Of a DNA stretch of 64,000 nucleotides, positions 19,824 to 31,700 are shown one piece after another. The position numbers and the translations under genes were made by a program. This stretch comes from Oligoflexales bacterium (lineage in GTDB: Bacteria; Bdellovibrionota_B; Oligoflexia; Oligoflexales; JAPPIL01). Location: assembly GCA_965215515.1 (NCBI GenBank), contig OZ244057.1, forward strand, positions 928,001 through 992,000, given 5' to 3'. Position 1 is the stretch's first letter. Every line of letters begins with the position of its first letter. A model generated the notes under the pieces. That model saw only the letters and a program-made list of their open reading frames with translations. It ran no database searches and was not told the origin of the DNA.

Positions 19824-21395
19824 ATGGCCGCGGTAAACTTCCCACCCCCCCCACCTCTGACGGTCGGCGAGATCGTCACTCACTTGCGAGATGCAGGTGA
19901 GTTGCGTGGGGACAACATGGCACGCTTCCCTGCCGCCACCGCGACCCGCGGCGGCCAGCTGTGTGTGGACACACGGCGATTGCAGACGGGGGACATATTT
20001 ATCGCACTCAGGGGACGAACTCACGACGGCAATGTCTTCCTGGAACGAGCTGTTGCGGGCGGTGCTTGCCTCCTCATCAGCGATCGGGCAGGTATTGCTG
20101 CTGAGGCAAGAAAGTTCCCCGTGCCGCTGCTGGTGGTCGGCAATGCGCGCCGTAGTTGGGCTTGGTTGTGTGCCGCGGCACACGCTCATCCCCAGCAACA
20201 TCTCAGTATTATTGGCATAACGGGCACAAATGGCAAAACCAGCACGGCGACTATGCTCGCGCAGCTGCTTACGCAGCGTAGGCACAAGACAGTGCTCAGC
20301 GGCAGCAACGGCATCTTCTGTGATCACCAACTACTGTGCTCCAATCCTTTGACCACGCCTGATCCAGACTTGCTCTTCAAAATTCTCGCTTGGTCTCAGG
20401 CACAGGGGGTACGCTATGTCGTGTTGGAAGTCTCTTCGCATGCCCTGGCTCTGCACAAGATCACCCCGCTGCGTTGTCAAGCAGTTATTTTCACGAGTTT
20501 TTCTGACGATCATGGTGACTTTCACCCCACGCGACAGGACTACTTCGCCAGCAAGTGGAGCTTGATCACGGCAAATTGTGCCTGTGCACAGCTGTTGATC
20601 ATCTCGCAACAGGTGATGGCACAGGCGCGGCGTTACGGACTGAGTGTCACCCATCCTCAGCTGTGGCTCTACGATTATGCGCAAGCTAAGCACCAGCCTA
20701 TGCACACGCCTAATCATCCGCGTATGCAGGTTAACATCCTTAAATCACACAACTTAACTGCTGAGCTGGCGGTGGTGATGAACGGGCAACAACGTCTCGG
20801 TCAGCTGAACTTTTTTGCCCCCCATCTCGCTTTGAACTTCGCCGCGGCGCTGCTGGCGGCAGAAAATTTACTGTCCGTCAGGATCGCGACGGCGGATTGG
20901 CGGAAGGTAAAGGTCGGTGCGGGACGCATGGAAATTATCCACAAAAGCCCTTTAGTGATCGTTGATTACGCTCACACTCCGGAGGCCTTGCGCGCCAGTC
21001 TTGCCGCGCTGTCCTTCGCTACCCCGCGCTGGGTGGTGTTCGGCTGTGGGGGGAAGCGCGACCGCAACAAGCGCGCCGCGATGGGCGAGGTAGCGGCACA
21101 GTTTGCCGACCACATCGTTCTGACAGCCGACAATCCACGCGACGAGGAGGTCACCGCGATCACGGCAGAGATCCTGCAGGGGATCGCGGCGCACCGCGGC
21201 AAGGTTACCGTGCAACCTGAGCGCCGTGCCGCTATTACCTATGCCATTCATGCCGCCCGTGCGTGCCCACGCGCAGCGGTGCTCATCGCAGGCAAGGGAG
21301 CGGAAAAATACCAGGAGGTGGCAGGCAGACTTTTACCCTTCGACGACCGTCAGGTGTGTCGCACCATCCTGTCGCGGGGTGCCAGGAGACAGTAG
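19824..21395 (+). CDS. murE: UDP-MurNAc-dipeptide--meso-DAP ligase
   Basis: GITGTNGKTS, LTTPD, EVSSH, DYAHTP, DNPR (DAP specificity), AGKG. Alternative start at 19773. Confidence 0.95.
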   Translation: MAAVNFPPPPPLTVGEIVTHLRDAGELRGDNMARFPAATATRGGQLCVDTRRLQTGDIFIALRGRTHDGNVFLERAVAGGACLLISDRAGIAAEARKFPVPLLVVGNARRSWAWLCAAAHAHPQQHLSIIGITGTNGKTSTATMLAQLLTQRRHKTVLSGSNGIFCDHQLLCSNPLTTPDPDLLFKILAWSQAQGVRYVVLEVSSHALALHKITPLRCQAVIFTSFSDDHGDFHPTRQDYFASKWSLITANCACAQLLIISQQVMAQARRYGLSVTHPQLWLYDYAQAKHQPMHTPNHPRMQVNILKSHNLTAELAVVMNGQQRLGQLNFFAPHLALNFAAALLAAENLLSVRIATADWRKVKVGAGRMEIIHKSPLVIVDYAHTPEALRASLAALSFATPRWVVFGCGGKRDRNKRAAMGEVAAQFADHIVLTADNPRDEEVTAITAEILQGIAAHRGKVTVQPERRAAITYAIHAARACPRAAVLIAGKGAEKYQEVAGRLLPFDDRQVCRTILSRGARRQ

Positions 21396-21584
21396 CTGTA
21401 GTGTCGGTATGTCGAAGCTAGCCAGATTCATGCAACAATGCTCGGTTACTCAGATAAGCATCTATAATGAAATAACTTTTACCCGTGTACCGCGTTCACT
21501 GAGCTACACAACTCACTGGCCTTTCCGCGCTCGAACCCCTAACATCGATCTCAACGTTAACTTTGATTGTGGAGGACATTTGCC

Positions 21585-22790
21585 ATGAGAAAAACGATTT
21601 GGGGAGTGCTAGCATCGGTCGCACTGCTCGCTTGCGCGGAGCGATACCCCGCACAAGTGCGAGGTATCGACGACATCGATACCATCAGAGTCAGGTGTGT
21701 GACAGGCACCTCGGAGGAAGTCACCCTGCCCGATCTACAGGCGGGGCGAGTCTGTACCGCACGCACGTTCATGAACTTCTGCCGCGCCCGTTTCCGTGCC
21801 GAAACGAGCGAGGAGCAGAAGGAGCACATCCGTCACACGGTGGCCGTCCTACGCCAACACGTCGGCGGCGACACCTGCAAGGAAAGCTTCGAGAGGCTGC
21901 GCAAGCTGACCTTCATCGCTTTGCAAGAGCGAGACATCGTCGATGTTTCTCCCTTCATGGGGTTGAGTAGCTTGCGGCATCTCGATCTATCGGGTAACGC
22001 GATCACCGACATCACACCGCTGCAAAGCTTGCCGCAGCTCGTGGTGTTGGCGGTCAACGCTAACCGTCTGACGAAACTGCCCGTCCTCGACATGCGGAAA
22101 CTGCGTCGTCTCTACCTGAGCCACAACTCTATCACCGACCTCCAAGGGTTGCGCGGCATGCCCAATCTGCGGCGGCTGACACTCGACAACACCACCCACG
22201 ACGTTGCCGATTACGAGGGGATCGCGAGCCTCGAAGGACTACAACATCTGAAACGACTCGACCACCTCGAAGTGGCGGGAGTACAGCTGCGCAGTGCCGC
22301 ACAGGTCGAGGAACTAACCCTGCTGCGCACCCTCAACCTGCGCCACAACAACTTGGCACAGATGCCATCGCTCGCAGTCGGCAAGTACCTGAAGGAAGTA
22401 GACTTCAGCCACAACCAGCTGACGGCGATCGATTTCATCACCACCAACCGCACCTTGCAGAAAATCAACTTCAGCCACAACCAAATCGAACAGCTGACCG
22501 CCCTGCACAACAAACCCCACCTGCAGCAAGCATTGTTCAGCACCAACCGCATCACCGACATCTCGCCGTTGCGTGCCCTGTACGATCTGGAAACGGTTGA
22601 CTTCCGCGGCAATGCGGTAAGCGATCTCACCCCCCTACAACGCCTGCATCAGTTATCGTTCACGGGGGTCGAATTCGCCGACAACCCCGTCGTTGCTGAC
22701 CACAGCACGGCCACCTGTCCCGTCGAAGCTGTGTCCAGTGCACTGCGGGACTACTGCCGTCGCCTCGTGCACAGCACACGAGACAACTGA
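21585..22790 (+). CDS. Leucine-rich repeat lipoprotein (internalin-like)
   Basis: Lipobox LLAC; repeated LxxLxLxxNxIxD units; GGAGG RBS. Confidence 0.9.
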   Translation: MRKTIWGVLASVALLACAERYPAQVRGIDDIDTIRVRCVTGTSEEVTLPDLQAGRVCTARTFMNFCRARFRAETSEEQKEHIRHTVAVLRQHVGGDTCKESFERLRKLTFIALQERDIVDVSPFMGLSSLRHLDLSGNAITDITPLQSLPQLVVLAVNANRLTKLPVLDMRKLRRLYLSHNSITDLQGLRGMPNLRRLTLDNTTHDVADYEGIASLEGLQHLKRLDHLEVAGVQLRSAAQVEELTLLRTLNLRHNNLAQMPSLAVGKYLKEVDFSHNQLTAIDFITTNRTLQKINFSHNQIEQLTALHNKPHLQQALFSTNRITDISPLRALYDLETVDFRGNAVSDLTPLQRLHQLSFTGVEFADNPVVADHSTATCPVEAVSSALRDYCRRLVHSTRDN

Positions 22791-22809
22791 TCAGGTCACG
22801 CCCTTCCCT

Positions 22810-22844
22810 CGGTATCCCCCTCTCATCCTGAACGGGGGATACCG
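22810..22844. terminator. Inverted repeat between convergent genes, possible bidirectional terminator
   Basis: CGGTATCCCCC-N13-GGGGGATACCG, an 11-bp perfect stem with no U tract. Confidence 0.45.
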
Positions 22845-22849
22845 CCGTA

Positions 22850-23572
22850 TTACCGCTGGAGGAGAGCAGCGACGGAAATAGGACAGATAGGCAAGATCAA
22901 CTCTTTGATCGCAGCCGAGAGAGTCCTTATCTCCAACTGCGCACCTTCGTGATCGCGCAGCTTGATGAAGTTAACCACCGCTTCCAGCGAAGCCGTCCAA
23001 ATCAAGGTGTTCATAAACGCAAGCGGCAACACCATCCGCGCCTGTTCACGGCAAACACCCAACCCGATCAGCTGCTGATACGCGGCGAAACTGCGTTCAA
23101 GACTATCCTCGTACACCCGCAATGCCTCCGTGTTGTCTCCCACCTGTGCGTGCTGCTGCGAAGCTTGCAAGTTCTTGCCGTGCTGTGGACGAAAACTCTT
23201 GACCTGATGAAACTTAGGCTCGTGTTGCACATAACGCCCTGAAATCTCGTTCCACACCGTAGCCGCTTCCCGAAACTCGCCGCTGGTATAAGCACACCCA
23301 ACCTGGTGCTTGTAGAGTTGGCGACAGACAACCTCGGAAACGTGGATACGAAAACTGAACTGCACATGCCGAAAAGGACTCATGTGCTTGTGCTCGGCGA
23401 GATAACGAATCAAACGCTGGTCAGTGCCGTCGAGACAATCCTTCTGCTTGCCGAAAGATACCCGCGCCGCATTGACCACCGCGAGGTCACCCTTGCCCAT
23501 GTAATCGATCAACTCGACGTAACCATCGTCGACAGGAAGACGACGCAGCAACGACGCAGCAACCTTTCCCAC
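22850..23572 (-). CDS. thyX: FAD-dependent thymidylate synthase
   Basis: VVNAARVSF, HMSPFRH, NEISGRY, REQARMVLP, AQLEIR motifs. Confidence 0.95.
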   Translation of the reverse strand: MGKVAASLLRRLPVDDGYVELIDYMGKGDLAVVNAARVSFGKQKDCLDGTDQRLIRYLAEHKHMSPFRHVQFSFRIHVSEVVCRQLYKHQVGCAYTSGEFREAATVWNEISGRYVQHEPKFHQVKSFRPQHGKNLQASQQHAQVGDNTEALRVYEDSLERSFAAYQQLIGLGVCREQARMVLPLAFMNTLIWTASLEAVVNFIKLRDHEGAQLEIRTLSAAIKELILPICPISVAALLQR

Positions 23573-23654
23573 AAGTCACCCCAACTTCCACGAAAAGCTG
23601 GATTGTTACACAGAAACCCAGAGGTTGCAACGCACGGAATTATCTCCCAGGGGG

Positions 23655-23682
23655 TTGACAGCGACGATTTTGGCATTAAGTT
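23655..23682 (+). promoter_or_regulatory. Possible sigma-70 promoter of dnaK
   Basis: TTGACA-N16-TAAGTT about 50 bp upstream of the start. Confidence 0.4.
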
Positions 23683-23730
23683 TCGCCCGTTGGACGAGTA
23701 ACAGCAGTAGCACCCACGGGGAGTAGAGAA

Positions 23731-25653
23731 ATGAGCAAAATTATCGGTATCGACCTCGGCACGACCAACTCGGTGGTCGCGGTCATGGAACAAGGTGAAG
23801 CAAAGATAATTCCCAACGCAGAAGGGGAACGCACCACGCCGAGCGTGGTCGCCTACGCGAAAAATAACGAAGTGCTGGTCGGATCAACCGCACGCCGCCA
23901 GGCGGTGACCAACCCCCACAACACCGTCTACTCCTCGAAGCGTTTCATCGGCAACAACTACAACGAGGCAGGCGCAGAAATTAAACGCGTGCCCTACGAA
24001 GTGACGCGCGGCAGCCAAGGCGAAGCGGTTTTCGTTCTACACGGCAAAAAATGCAGCCCCCAAGAAATCGCCGCCAAAGTGCTCGGCAAACTCAAAAACG
24101 CGGCGGAAGACTACCTCGGCAGTCCCGTGCGCGAGGCAGTGATTACCGTGCCAGCCTACTTCAACGACAGCCAGCGCCAAGCCACCAAAGACGCAGGACG
24201 CATCGCTGGACTAGAAGTAAAACGCATCGTCGCCGAACCGACCGCAGCCGCACTCGCCTACGGGCTCGACAAAAAGAAAAATGAAAAGATCGCCGTGTTC
24301 GACTTCGGTGGCGGCACATTCGATATCTCGATTCTCGAAGTCGGCGACAGCGTCGTCGAAGTGCTAGCGACCAAAGGCGACACCCACCTCGGCGGCGACA
24401 ATATCGACGAGCAGCTGATCGCGTATTTTTGTGAAACCTTCAAGCACGACACAGGTATCGATATCGCCAACGATCCCATGGCGATGCAGCGTCTCAAAGA
24501 AGCCGCCGAGAAAGCCAAGATCGAGTTGTCCACCACCCAAACAACGGAGGTCAACTTACCGTTCTTGACCGCCGACCAGTCTGGCCCCAAGCACATGCAT
24601 ATCAACCTCACCCGCGCTAAATTCGAGCAGTTGGTAGGGAATATAGTAACGAGAACGATCACCCCCTGCCGTGACGTACTGCAAGCCGCAGGGGTGACTG
24701 TCAGCGAAATCAGCGAGGTTGTGCTGGTCGGTGGCTCGACCCGCATTCCCCTGGTACAAAGCAAAGTCAAAGAATTTTTCCAGCGAGAACCAAATCGCTC
24801 CGTCAACCCCGACGAAGTCGTGGCGGTCGGTGCCGCCGTGCAAGCAGGTATTCTCGGCGGCGACATCAAAGACGTGCTGCTACTCGACGTTACCCCGATC
24901 TCCTACGGGATCGAGACACTCGGCGGTGTCTTTACCCGCCTGATCGAAGGCAACACAACAATCCCCACGAAAAAAGCACAGGTCTTCTCCACCGCCGCCG
25001 ATAACCAGCCGTCGGTCGAAATCGTCGTCCTGCAAGGAGAAAGACAGATGGCCGCGGATAACAAACAGATCGGCAGATTCAACCTCACCGAAATTCCTCC
25101 CGCCCCACGCGGCACGCCCCAAATCGAGGTTGCCTTCGATATCGATGCCAACGGTATCATCAACGTCTCCGCCAAAGATCTCGGGACAGGACGCGAACAG
25201 AAAATCGTTATCGAGTCTTCCACACGCCTCTCCGACGAAGAAATCGCCCGCATGAAGAAAGACGCAGAGGTCCACGCCGAAGCCGACCGCCAGAAAAAAG
25301 AACTGGTCGAATGCCGCAATGAACTCGACTCGCTCGTCTTTCAGGCAGAGAAGTTGCTGCGTGAAAACGGGGAGAAAATTGCCGCGGCGACAAAAAGTGA
25401 GCTGGAGAACGAAATCAACACAGCAAAAAGCAAGTTAACCTCCACAGCGGTAACCACGCTGAAGGAAGCAAAAACCGCCCTGGAGAAGAAAATACACCAG
25501 CTGTCCGATCAGATTTACAAGCAGGCGACCGACAACAATGCCGCCTCTCCCCAAACAGGAACGACCGCAGAGACTGCCAGCAGCGGCGACAAGCCGCCGC
25601 AAGGAGATGTGGTCGATGCCGAATTCGAGGAAGGATCGCCACCACAGCAGTAA
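23731..25653 (+). CDS. dnaK: Chaperone DnaK (Hsp70)
   Basis: [45 protein letters not shown]. Confidence 0.99.
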   Translation: MSKIIGIDLGTTNSVVAVMEQGEAKIIPNAEGERTTPSVVAYAKNNEVLVGSTARRQAVTNPHNTVYSSKRFIGNNYNEAGAEIKRVPYEVTRGSQGEAVFVLHGKKCSPQEIAAKVLGKLKNAAEDYLGSPVREAVITVPAYFNDSQRQATKDAGRIAGLEVKRIVAEPTAAALAYGLDKKKNEKIAVFDFGGGTFDISILEVGDSVVEVLATKGDTHLGGDNIDEQLIAYFCETFKHDTGIDIANDPMAMQRLKEAAEKAKIELSTTQTTEVNLPFLTADQSGPKHMHINLTRAKFEQLVGNIVTRTITPCRDVLQAAGVTVSEISEVVLVGGSTRIPLVQSKVKEFFQREPNRSVNPDEVVAVGAAVQAGILGGDIKDVLLLDVTPISYGIETLGGVFTRLIEGNTTIPTKKAQVFSTAADNQPSVEIVVLQGERQMAADNKQIGRFNLTEIPPAPRGTPQIEVAFDIDANGIINVSAKDLGTGREQKIVIESSTRLSDEEIARMKKDAEVHAEADRQKKELVECRNELDSLVFQAEKLLRENGEKIAAATKSELENEINTAKSKLTSTAVTTLKEAKTALEKKIHQLSDQIYKQATDNNAASPQTGTTAETASSGDKPPQGDVVDAEFEEGSPPQQ

Positions 25654-25699
25654 AACTAGCCACCCGCGCCCTCACCCATCGACTGAGGACACCGCAACT

Positions 25700-27358
25700 T
25701 TAAGTCTTACCCCGACTAGGATTTTTCTTTACGTGATTCCTCAGTTCCTTGAGTGGCAGCCAAACACGTTCAGATTTAACGCTGTGGCAAAAAAGCCACC
25801 ACAGGGTGATGTTTACTTTGCTACTGTCCTGCAACGTTGTCATCCCCTTGTGTTGTTTTTGCAGGTGTTGCAACCTCTTGTAAATGGCATCGCACCACGC
25901 ATAGCGAGCCAGAAAATCACGCCAATCGCTACTGGTTTCGAAACAGGCAAGCGGACGGGCAGCGACAATCGGATACAGCTGCCAGGCATTGCGGGTGTAG
26001 CTCGGCACCACCAACACCCCACAGGTGGTATCGAGCAGTGAAGTCAGCGGTGTCGGCAACTCAATCGCTTGCAGACGATCGATATCCCCCTGCTCCGTCT
26101 GCGTGAGGAAGATCGACTTGAGAAATGCGGTGAATTTGTTGGCGCGCTTTTTTTCTATTTCGGCACGGCGACGCGACAGTTCGCCGCGCAATAAAAATTC
26201 CACCAACACCGCCTGCGTCGGCGATAAGTGCAAACCATCCCGCCCCACCTTGTGGGAAAAAATTGCCGCAACCTGGCGTATCACCCGCCAATACTCCTGC
26301 TTGCTGGTCAGCGGGCCGAAGGCGTGCGTCGCCGCGACGGGAACTTCACCGACCGCAACCCTTACGCCGTTGCGGTGCGGTTGCAGAAAGATAGTAGCGA
26401 GGTCGCGTTGGTAGCCGAGACAGCTCTTGACGAAATGCTCACCCTCGCTGACCCGCTGCTCCCACAACATGGCGGCATAGAGATTGGGGAACGGCTGCGT
26501 GCGCAGACTGCTCGCCTGTAGGATATTGCGTAATACGGTGCGAGGCAAATCCCGATACTGACTGAGGGCACGCACATCGCGGGCGAGGTTCGCATAGCTG
26601 GCCTTGAAAATAAGCTTGCGCTCACGATCGAACAAGCGCACCACACCAGGGCAAGCAGGCATGTCTTGCAGAGTTTTGCTGCCGATCGCCCAACCGAGCT
26701 TCGTGCACGAATCGATGTCGCCCTGCAATCTGATCGCCTCGCTGATCGTCTCGATGTCACGTTCGCGCAGGACACGCAACAGCTGCGTGAACAGAGCCAC
26801 CGTCGTTTCGGCATCGCCCTCGGCACGATGTGCCGACGATACCTCCACCCCCAGATGTTTGGCACTGCCCTGTAGAGTCTTGTCGGGTGCGGCAGGGAAA
26901 AGTTTGGTAGTCAGCAAATGCGTGCAAAGATAGAAGTTTTTGATTTGCTTGCGGCAGACCTGAAGCGCAAAATGCTTGATGAACTTCATATCGCCGCCAC
27001 AATTGTGGCTGACCAGAACACGATCGCCGATGAAGGTGAGCACAGCTGGCATGACCTCCTCGATCGACGGTGCGTCCTTGACCATCTTATCGTTTAACCC
27101 CGTCATCTTGCGCACAAGCGGCGGGATGGGGATGCGCGGATTGACCAGCGTGTAGTAGCGGTCGCTGACCTTACCGTGCTGGTAGTTGAGGGCACAGAGC
27201 TCGGTGATGCCGTTTTTCAGTGCATTACCGCCCGTCGTTTCGATATCGAACACGGTGTAGCAGCCCGCACTGAGCGCCTTGTCTATCTGGGCACGACAAC
27301 GGGTAGAATAGCTCCCGTCTCTGCTGCGCCTGCCTCTGCTGCTGGGTGGAGTGACCAT
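25700..27358 (-). CDS. DEDDh 3'-5' exonuclease (PolC/epsilon-like) fused to a degenerate UvrC/Cho-like region
   Basis: FDIETTG, SHN..D, HRAEGDA exonuclease motifs, followed by PACPGVVRLFD. Confidence 0.85.
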   Translation of the reverse strand: MVTPPSSRGRRSRDGSYSTRCRAQIDKALSAGCYTVFDIETTGGNALKNGITELCALNYQHGKVSDRYYTLVNPRIPIPPLVRKMTGLNDKMVKDAPSIEEVMPAVLTFIGDRVLVSHNCGGDMKFIKHFALQVCRKQIKNFYLCTHLLTTKLFPAAPDKTLQGSAKHLGVEVSSAHRAEGDAETTVALFTQLLRVLRERDIETISEAIRLQGDIDSCTKLGWAIGSKTLQDMPACPGVVRLFDRERKLIFKASYANLARDVRALSQYRDLPRTVLRNILQASSLRTQPFPNLYAAMLWEQRVSEGEHFVKSCLGYQRDLATIFLQPHRNGVRVAVGEVPVAATHAFGPLTSKQEYWRVIRQVAAIFSHKVGRDGLHLSPTQAVLVEFLLRGELSRRRAEIEKKRANKFTAFLKSIFLTQTEQGDIDRLQAIELPTPLTSLLDTTCGVLVVPSYTRNAWQLYPIVAARPLACFETSSDWRDFLARYAWCDAIYKRLQHLQKQHKGMTTLQDSSKVNITLWWLFCHSVKSERVWLPLKELRNHVKKNPSRGKT

Positions 27359-27439
27359 GCCTGACTTCTTGAACTACGCACCTCCTTATGATAATGCCAC
27401 CGCTCGGCAGTTAATCCAACAAGATAATGAGGACAAGCG

Positions 27440-28582
27440 ATGCCAGATTTTCAGCTTAACGAGGAGCAACGAGCCTTGCAGCATGCCGCACGGGAATTCG
27501 CCCAGCGTGAGATGATGCCCTGTGCCGCGACTTACGATGAATCGATGGACTATCCCTGGCCGATCGTCGAGAAAGCCTTCGCCCAGGGACTGATGAACGT
27601 CTTCGTGCCCGAAACACACGGTGGTCTCGGCCTCTCGCATCTCGATGTCGCCTTGATCGTCGAACAGCTCGCCTACGGCTGTTCAGGGATGGCGACGGCA
27701 CTGACGGCCAACGAACTCGCCCTCTCGCCGCTGACTCTAGCGGGTAACGCCGCACAAATCAAAAAATTCACCGCCCTGCTGCTGGAGAAACCGCGCGTCG
27801 CGGCCTATTGCGTCACCGAGCCCGACGCAGGTAGCGATGTTGCCGCCATCACCACCACCGCCAGAAAAGACGGCGACAGCTATATCCTCAACGGCGAAAA
27901 AATGTGGATCACCAATGCTTCCGTCGCCAGTTGGTATTTTGTCCTCGCCACCCTCGACCGCCAGCGCGGCGCAAAGGGGATGGTTTGTTTTGTGCTCCCC
28001 CGCGATCTGGACGGTATCACGCCAGGCAAGAAAGAAATAAACATGGGACAACGCTGCTCCGATACCCGCGCCGTCACCTTCAAGGAGGTGAAAGTACCCG
28101 CCGCCTTCCGTCTCGGCGAAGAGGGCGAGGGTTTCAAGATCGCCATGCGTGCTTTCGACAAGTCCCGCCCGATGGTCGCCGCCCTCGCGACAGGAGTTGC
28201 ACAGTGCGCCTTCGACCACGCCCTGCGCTACGCACAAGAACGCCATGCCTTCGGCAAACCGATCTTCGCCCATCAAGCGGTGGCTTTCATGCTGGCAGAC
28301 ATGGCCACCGAGATCGAAGCCGCCCGTCTGCTGACCTGGCGAGCAGCACAGTTGCTCGACCAGAAAAAGCGCGCGACGAAGGAGGCCTCGATGGCGAAGT
28401 TGTTCGCCTCGGCAACCGCAGTCAAGACCACCGAACATGCGGTGCAAATCTACGGCGGTTACGGCTATAACCGCGAGTACCCTGTGGAAAAACTCTATCG
28501 CGATGCGAAAATTTTTCAAATTTACGAGGGCACTTCCCAAATGCAAAAATTGATCATCTCACGTCACCTAGTACCACAGTGA
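27440..28582 (+). CDS. Acyl-CoA dehydrogenase (MCAD-like)
   Basis: YCVTEPDAGSD, NGEKMWITN, QIYGGYGY, IYEGTSQ. Confidence 0.97.
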   Translation: MPDFQLNEEQRALQHAAREFAQREMMPCAATYDESMDYPWPIVEKAFAQGLMNVFVPETHGGLGLSHLDVALIVEQLAYGCSGMATALTANELALSPLTLAGNAAQIKKFTALLLEKPRVAAYCVTEPDAGSDVAAITTTARKDGDSYILNGEKMWITNASVASWYFVLATLDRQRGAKGMVCFVLPRDLDGITPGKKEINMGQRCSDTRAVTFKEVKVPAAFRLGEEGEGFKIAMRAFDKSRPMVAALATGVAQCAFDHALRYAQERHAFGKPIFAHQAVAFMLADMATEIEAARLLTWRAAQLLDQKKRATKEASMAKLFASATAVKTTEHAVQIYGGYGYNREYPVEKLYRDAKIFQIYEGTSQMQKLIISRHLVPQ

Positions 28583-28659
28583 CCGCAAGACAGGGTCATC
28601 CTTGCCGCGTGCGATAGATTAGGTGCTAATCCGTAATTAGAGCAAAAAACAAAAAACAT

Positions 28660-28686
28660 TCAAGCATTTCAAAAAACCACCGATAG
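28660..28686 (+). promoter_or_regulatory. Putative sigma-28-type promoter
   Basis: TCAA-N15-ACCGATAG just upstream of the ankyrin gene. Confidence 0.45.
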
Positions 28687-28711
28687 CCTCCATGAACTTT
28701 TGGGGAAGAGG

Positions 28712-31700
28712 ATGAAAAATGATGCTAAGCGATTGCTCTCCCTGTGGATGCTAGCACTCTGCCTCGCCTGCGGGGGAGATGATCTGGAGTCAGGCTCTAA
28801 GTTCATCAGCAAGACACAGCGAGATCGTGATGGGCATCCTAGCGGCAGCGATATCCACAGGTGTTATTATCGCGGCAACACAGTGGTCTGTGGCTTGCAT
28901 GGCAACGCCTATCTGATCAACAAAGTGCATGAAAAAGACCACCCCAACAGTTCTTCCGACGCACGCGACCCGCCTTACCTCGATATGACGGTCGAGGTGC
29001 AGGTCGGGTGGTGGGCGACTAAGCATGAAGATTGCGATAACCCTTGTATGACCGATGACAAAGTCACGGCGGGAGAATCTCCTGATCCTACCACATGCAC
29101 AAGCACTGACGAGGGGGCCGATCCCGCCAGCCCCGACGACGATACTGTAACTGAACATGACTGCACATGGCATTCCTGTCTGGGGGGAGTGAATGCCACC
29201 GAGGTGGTCAACGCGGCCATCGACAAGTGGCTCGCCCCACTGCGAACACCGTACAGCAGCACCGAGAACCCGATCATCAGTGGCGGTTATATCGACAACA
29301 CTGACCCCAAGGATGTGGCAGATCTGACAGTCAATTTTGCCTGCTCGCACTCTTCTCTTGCTTCAAAGATCCCCTGCCCGATCAGCTGCACGCGCTACCG
29401 AAATGCCTCCGGCGGCTACACCACTATCCCTAGCAGCGACGGTAGTTGCGACAAGGATAGCAGCGGAGCCTGCGCGCACAATCAGCCTGTCATCCAGCTC
29501 GGCGATGGCCGTTTACCCAAAGAGAATCACCGCGATACCTTGGGTGAGCACGACAAACTCAATTTGCTCCATGAGATCGGGCATGCCTTCGGCCTCGCCG
29601 ACACCCACGACGGAGGAGTAAGGATCGGCAAACAGCCGCGGGCGATCATGGCATGGGAGCGGATCGGGGAGCGGGGCAATAACGATTTGTTGCTCGGTAA
29701 AGACGACAAGGCAGGGGTGCAGTGGTTGTACGAGCACCATCGGCGCGGGCAACGCGAGCGTGACTGTCATTTCGACGAGTATGAGTACAACAGTAACACG
29801 GGACAGGAGGGTTGCGAGCCGCGCTATGTGTTGATCGTCACCCTGAAAAACCGCAACCACGGAGAGGCGGTGGTGATCATCGATACTGACCCTAACCTCG
29901 ACATCAACGAAGTCGAGGAGGAAACGGGCAACTCAGCCTTGCACTACGCCATCATCGAGCATGCTAATCCTATCAACACGGATGCGGATACGGCGGGCTA
30001 CCTGCTGGTCATTCAGGAATTGCTGGACTATGCAGGCATTAACCTTAACCTCAAGGATAAGACGACGGGCCGGACTCCTCTGCATCTGGCGGTACAGTTC
30101 AACCAGCAACGTATCGTCATTCTTCTTCTCGCCGCCGCGGGCATCTTGGTACAAACAGCAGATGACAAGCAGCAGACAGCCTTGCATTACGCCGCGAGCT
30201 TGGGTCACACGCATCTAATCAGTGCGATGCTGGCGAGTTTTGGCAGCCACGTAGAGGCACAGGACAGCGACGGCAAGACGGCGTTGCATCTGGCGGCAGC
30301 AAACGGACATGCCGACACCGTGAGTTTTTTCAGTGCCTACACGGGTGGCGGGATTGCTGCGCTAGCGGGGACGGAGGATAACGATGGCAACACGGCGTTA
30401 CATCTGGCGGCGGAAAATGGGCGCACGGATGTGGTGGCAGTGATTTTGCGCGCCGACCGCGGCAGGACGTTCTTAAACAGCACTAACGACCGTGATGAAA
30501 CCCCGCTGCATCTGGCGGCAAAGTTCGGTCGTGACGATGTGGTGGCGAGTTTGTTGCGACAGACAGATGTCGATATCAATCGGCAAGATGTCCAAGGCAA
30601 CACGCCTTTGCACCTCGCCGCACTGCATAACCGCCCTGCCGTCGTGCGTTTACTGCTCAACAAGAGCGGGATCGACACCACGATCAGCAACGGCAACGAC
30701 AAGACAGCACGTGACGAAGCGGTCAGTCACCGCCATACCGATGTTATCGACGTTTTCGATGGTGGCGATACCCTCTATGGCACGAGTTCTGCGGAACGGC
30801 TCATCCAGGCCTTGAAGGTAGGTAACATCGACCCAGACGAGTACTGCACCGCAGGCGATAGCGATTGCCGCCAGAAGTCGGCCTTAACGATTATGCGTAC
30901 CGATCAAAACCTCGATGTCAATTACACCGAGCCTAGCACAGGCAACACGGCACTGCACTACGCAGTACAGGGGGACGACCCTGTCGGCGCGGCCCGCGGC
31001 CCGTACGAGACGGTCGTCGATCTCCTCGTGCGCCGCACTTTGCTCAACCCCAACCTCAAGAACACCAACGGCGCGACCCCACTACATCTTGCCGTGCGGC
31101 ATGCAAAACTGGAAACGGTAAGGCTGTTGCTGGGCAATCGCCGCCTCGACGCTAATCTTACCAACAATGTCGGCGAAACTGCCCTACACATCGCTGTCGA
31201 TCTTGCCCATGAAAACATTCTCGCGGAGTTGCTGCGTTACCGTAGCGGCACAGTCGATGTCAATCTACAGGACGACACGGGACGTACACCGTTGCATATC
31301 GCTGCCGAGCAGCGCAATCCTGAGGTTGTTCAGATGTTGGTCGATGACCGCCGTGTCGATGTTAACCTCCGTACCCGCACCCACGACGAGACTGCCTTGC
31401 ACATTGCGGCTGAGTTCGACAACGACGAGGTTGTCGAGGTATTGCTGCGCGATGCTGACATCGATGTCAATCTACAGGATGCGACAGGTTCGACGGCCTT
31501 GCATAGCGCGGCTCATCACGGCAGTACGGCGGTGGTGACGCTGCTACTCGACGTGCCTAATATCGACCTGACTATTCTCGATAACCAGCAGCTCAGTGCT
31601 TATGGGCGCGCCGAAGCCAGCGGTTCGAATGATGTGGTGGAAATTTTTGACAACCTGGACAGGGGCGACGATGTTGTTTTCCGCGGCACGCTGATGGAGG

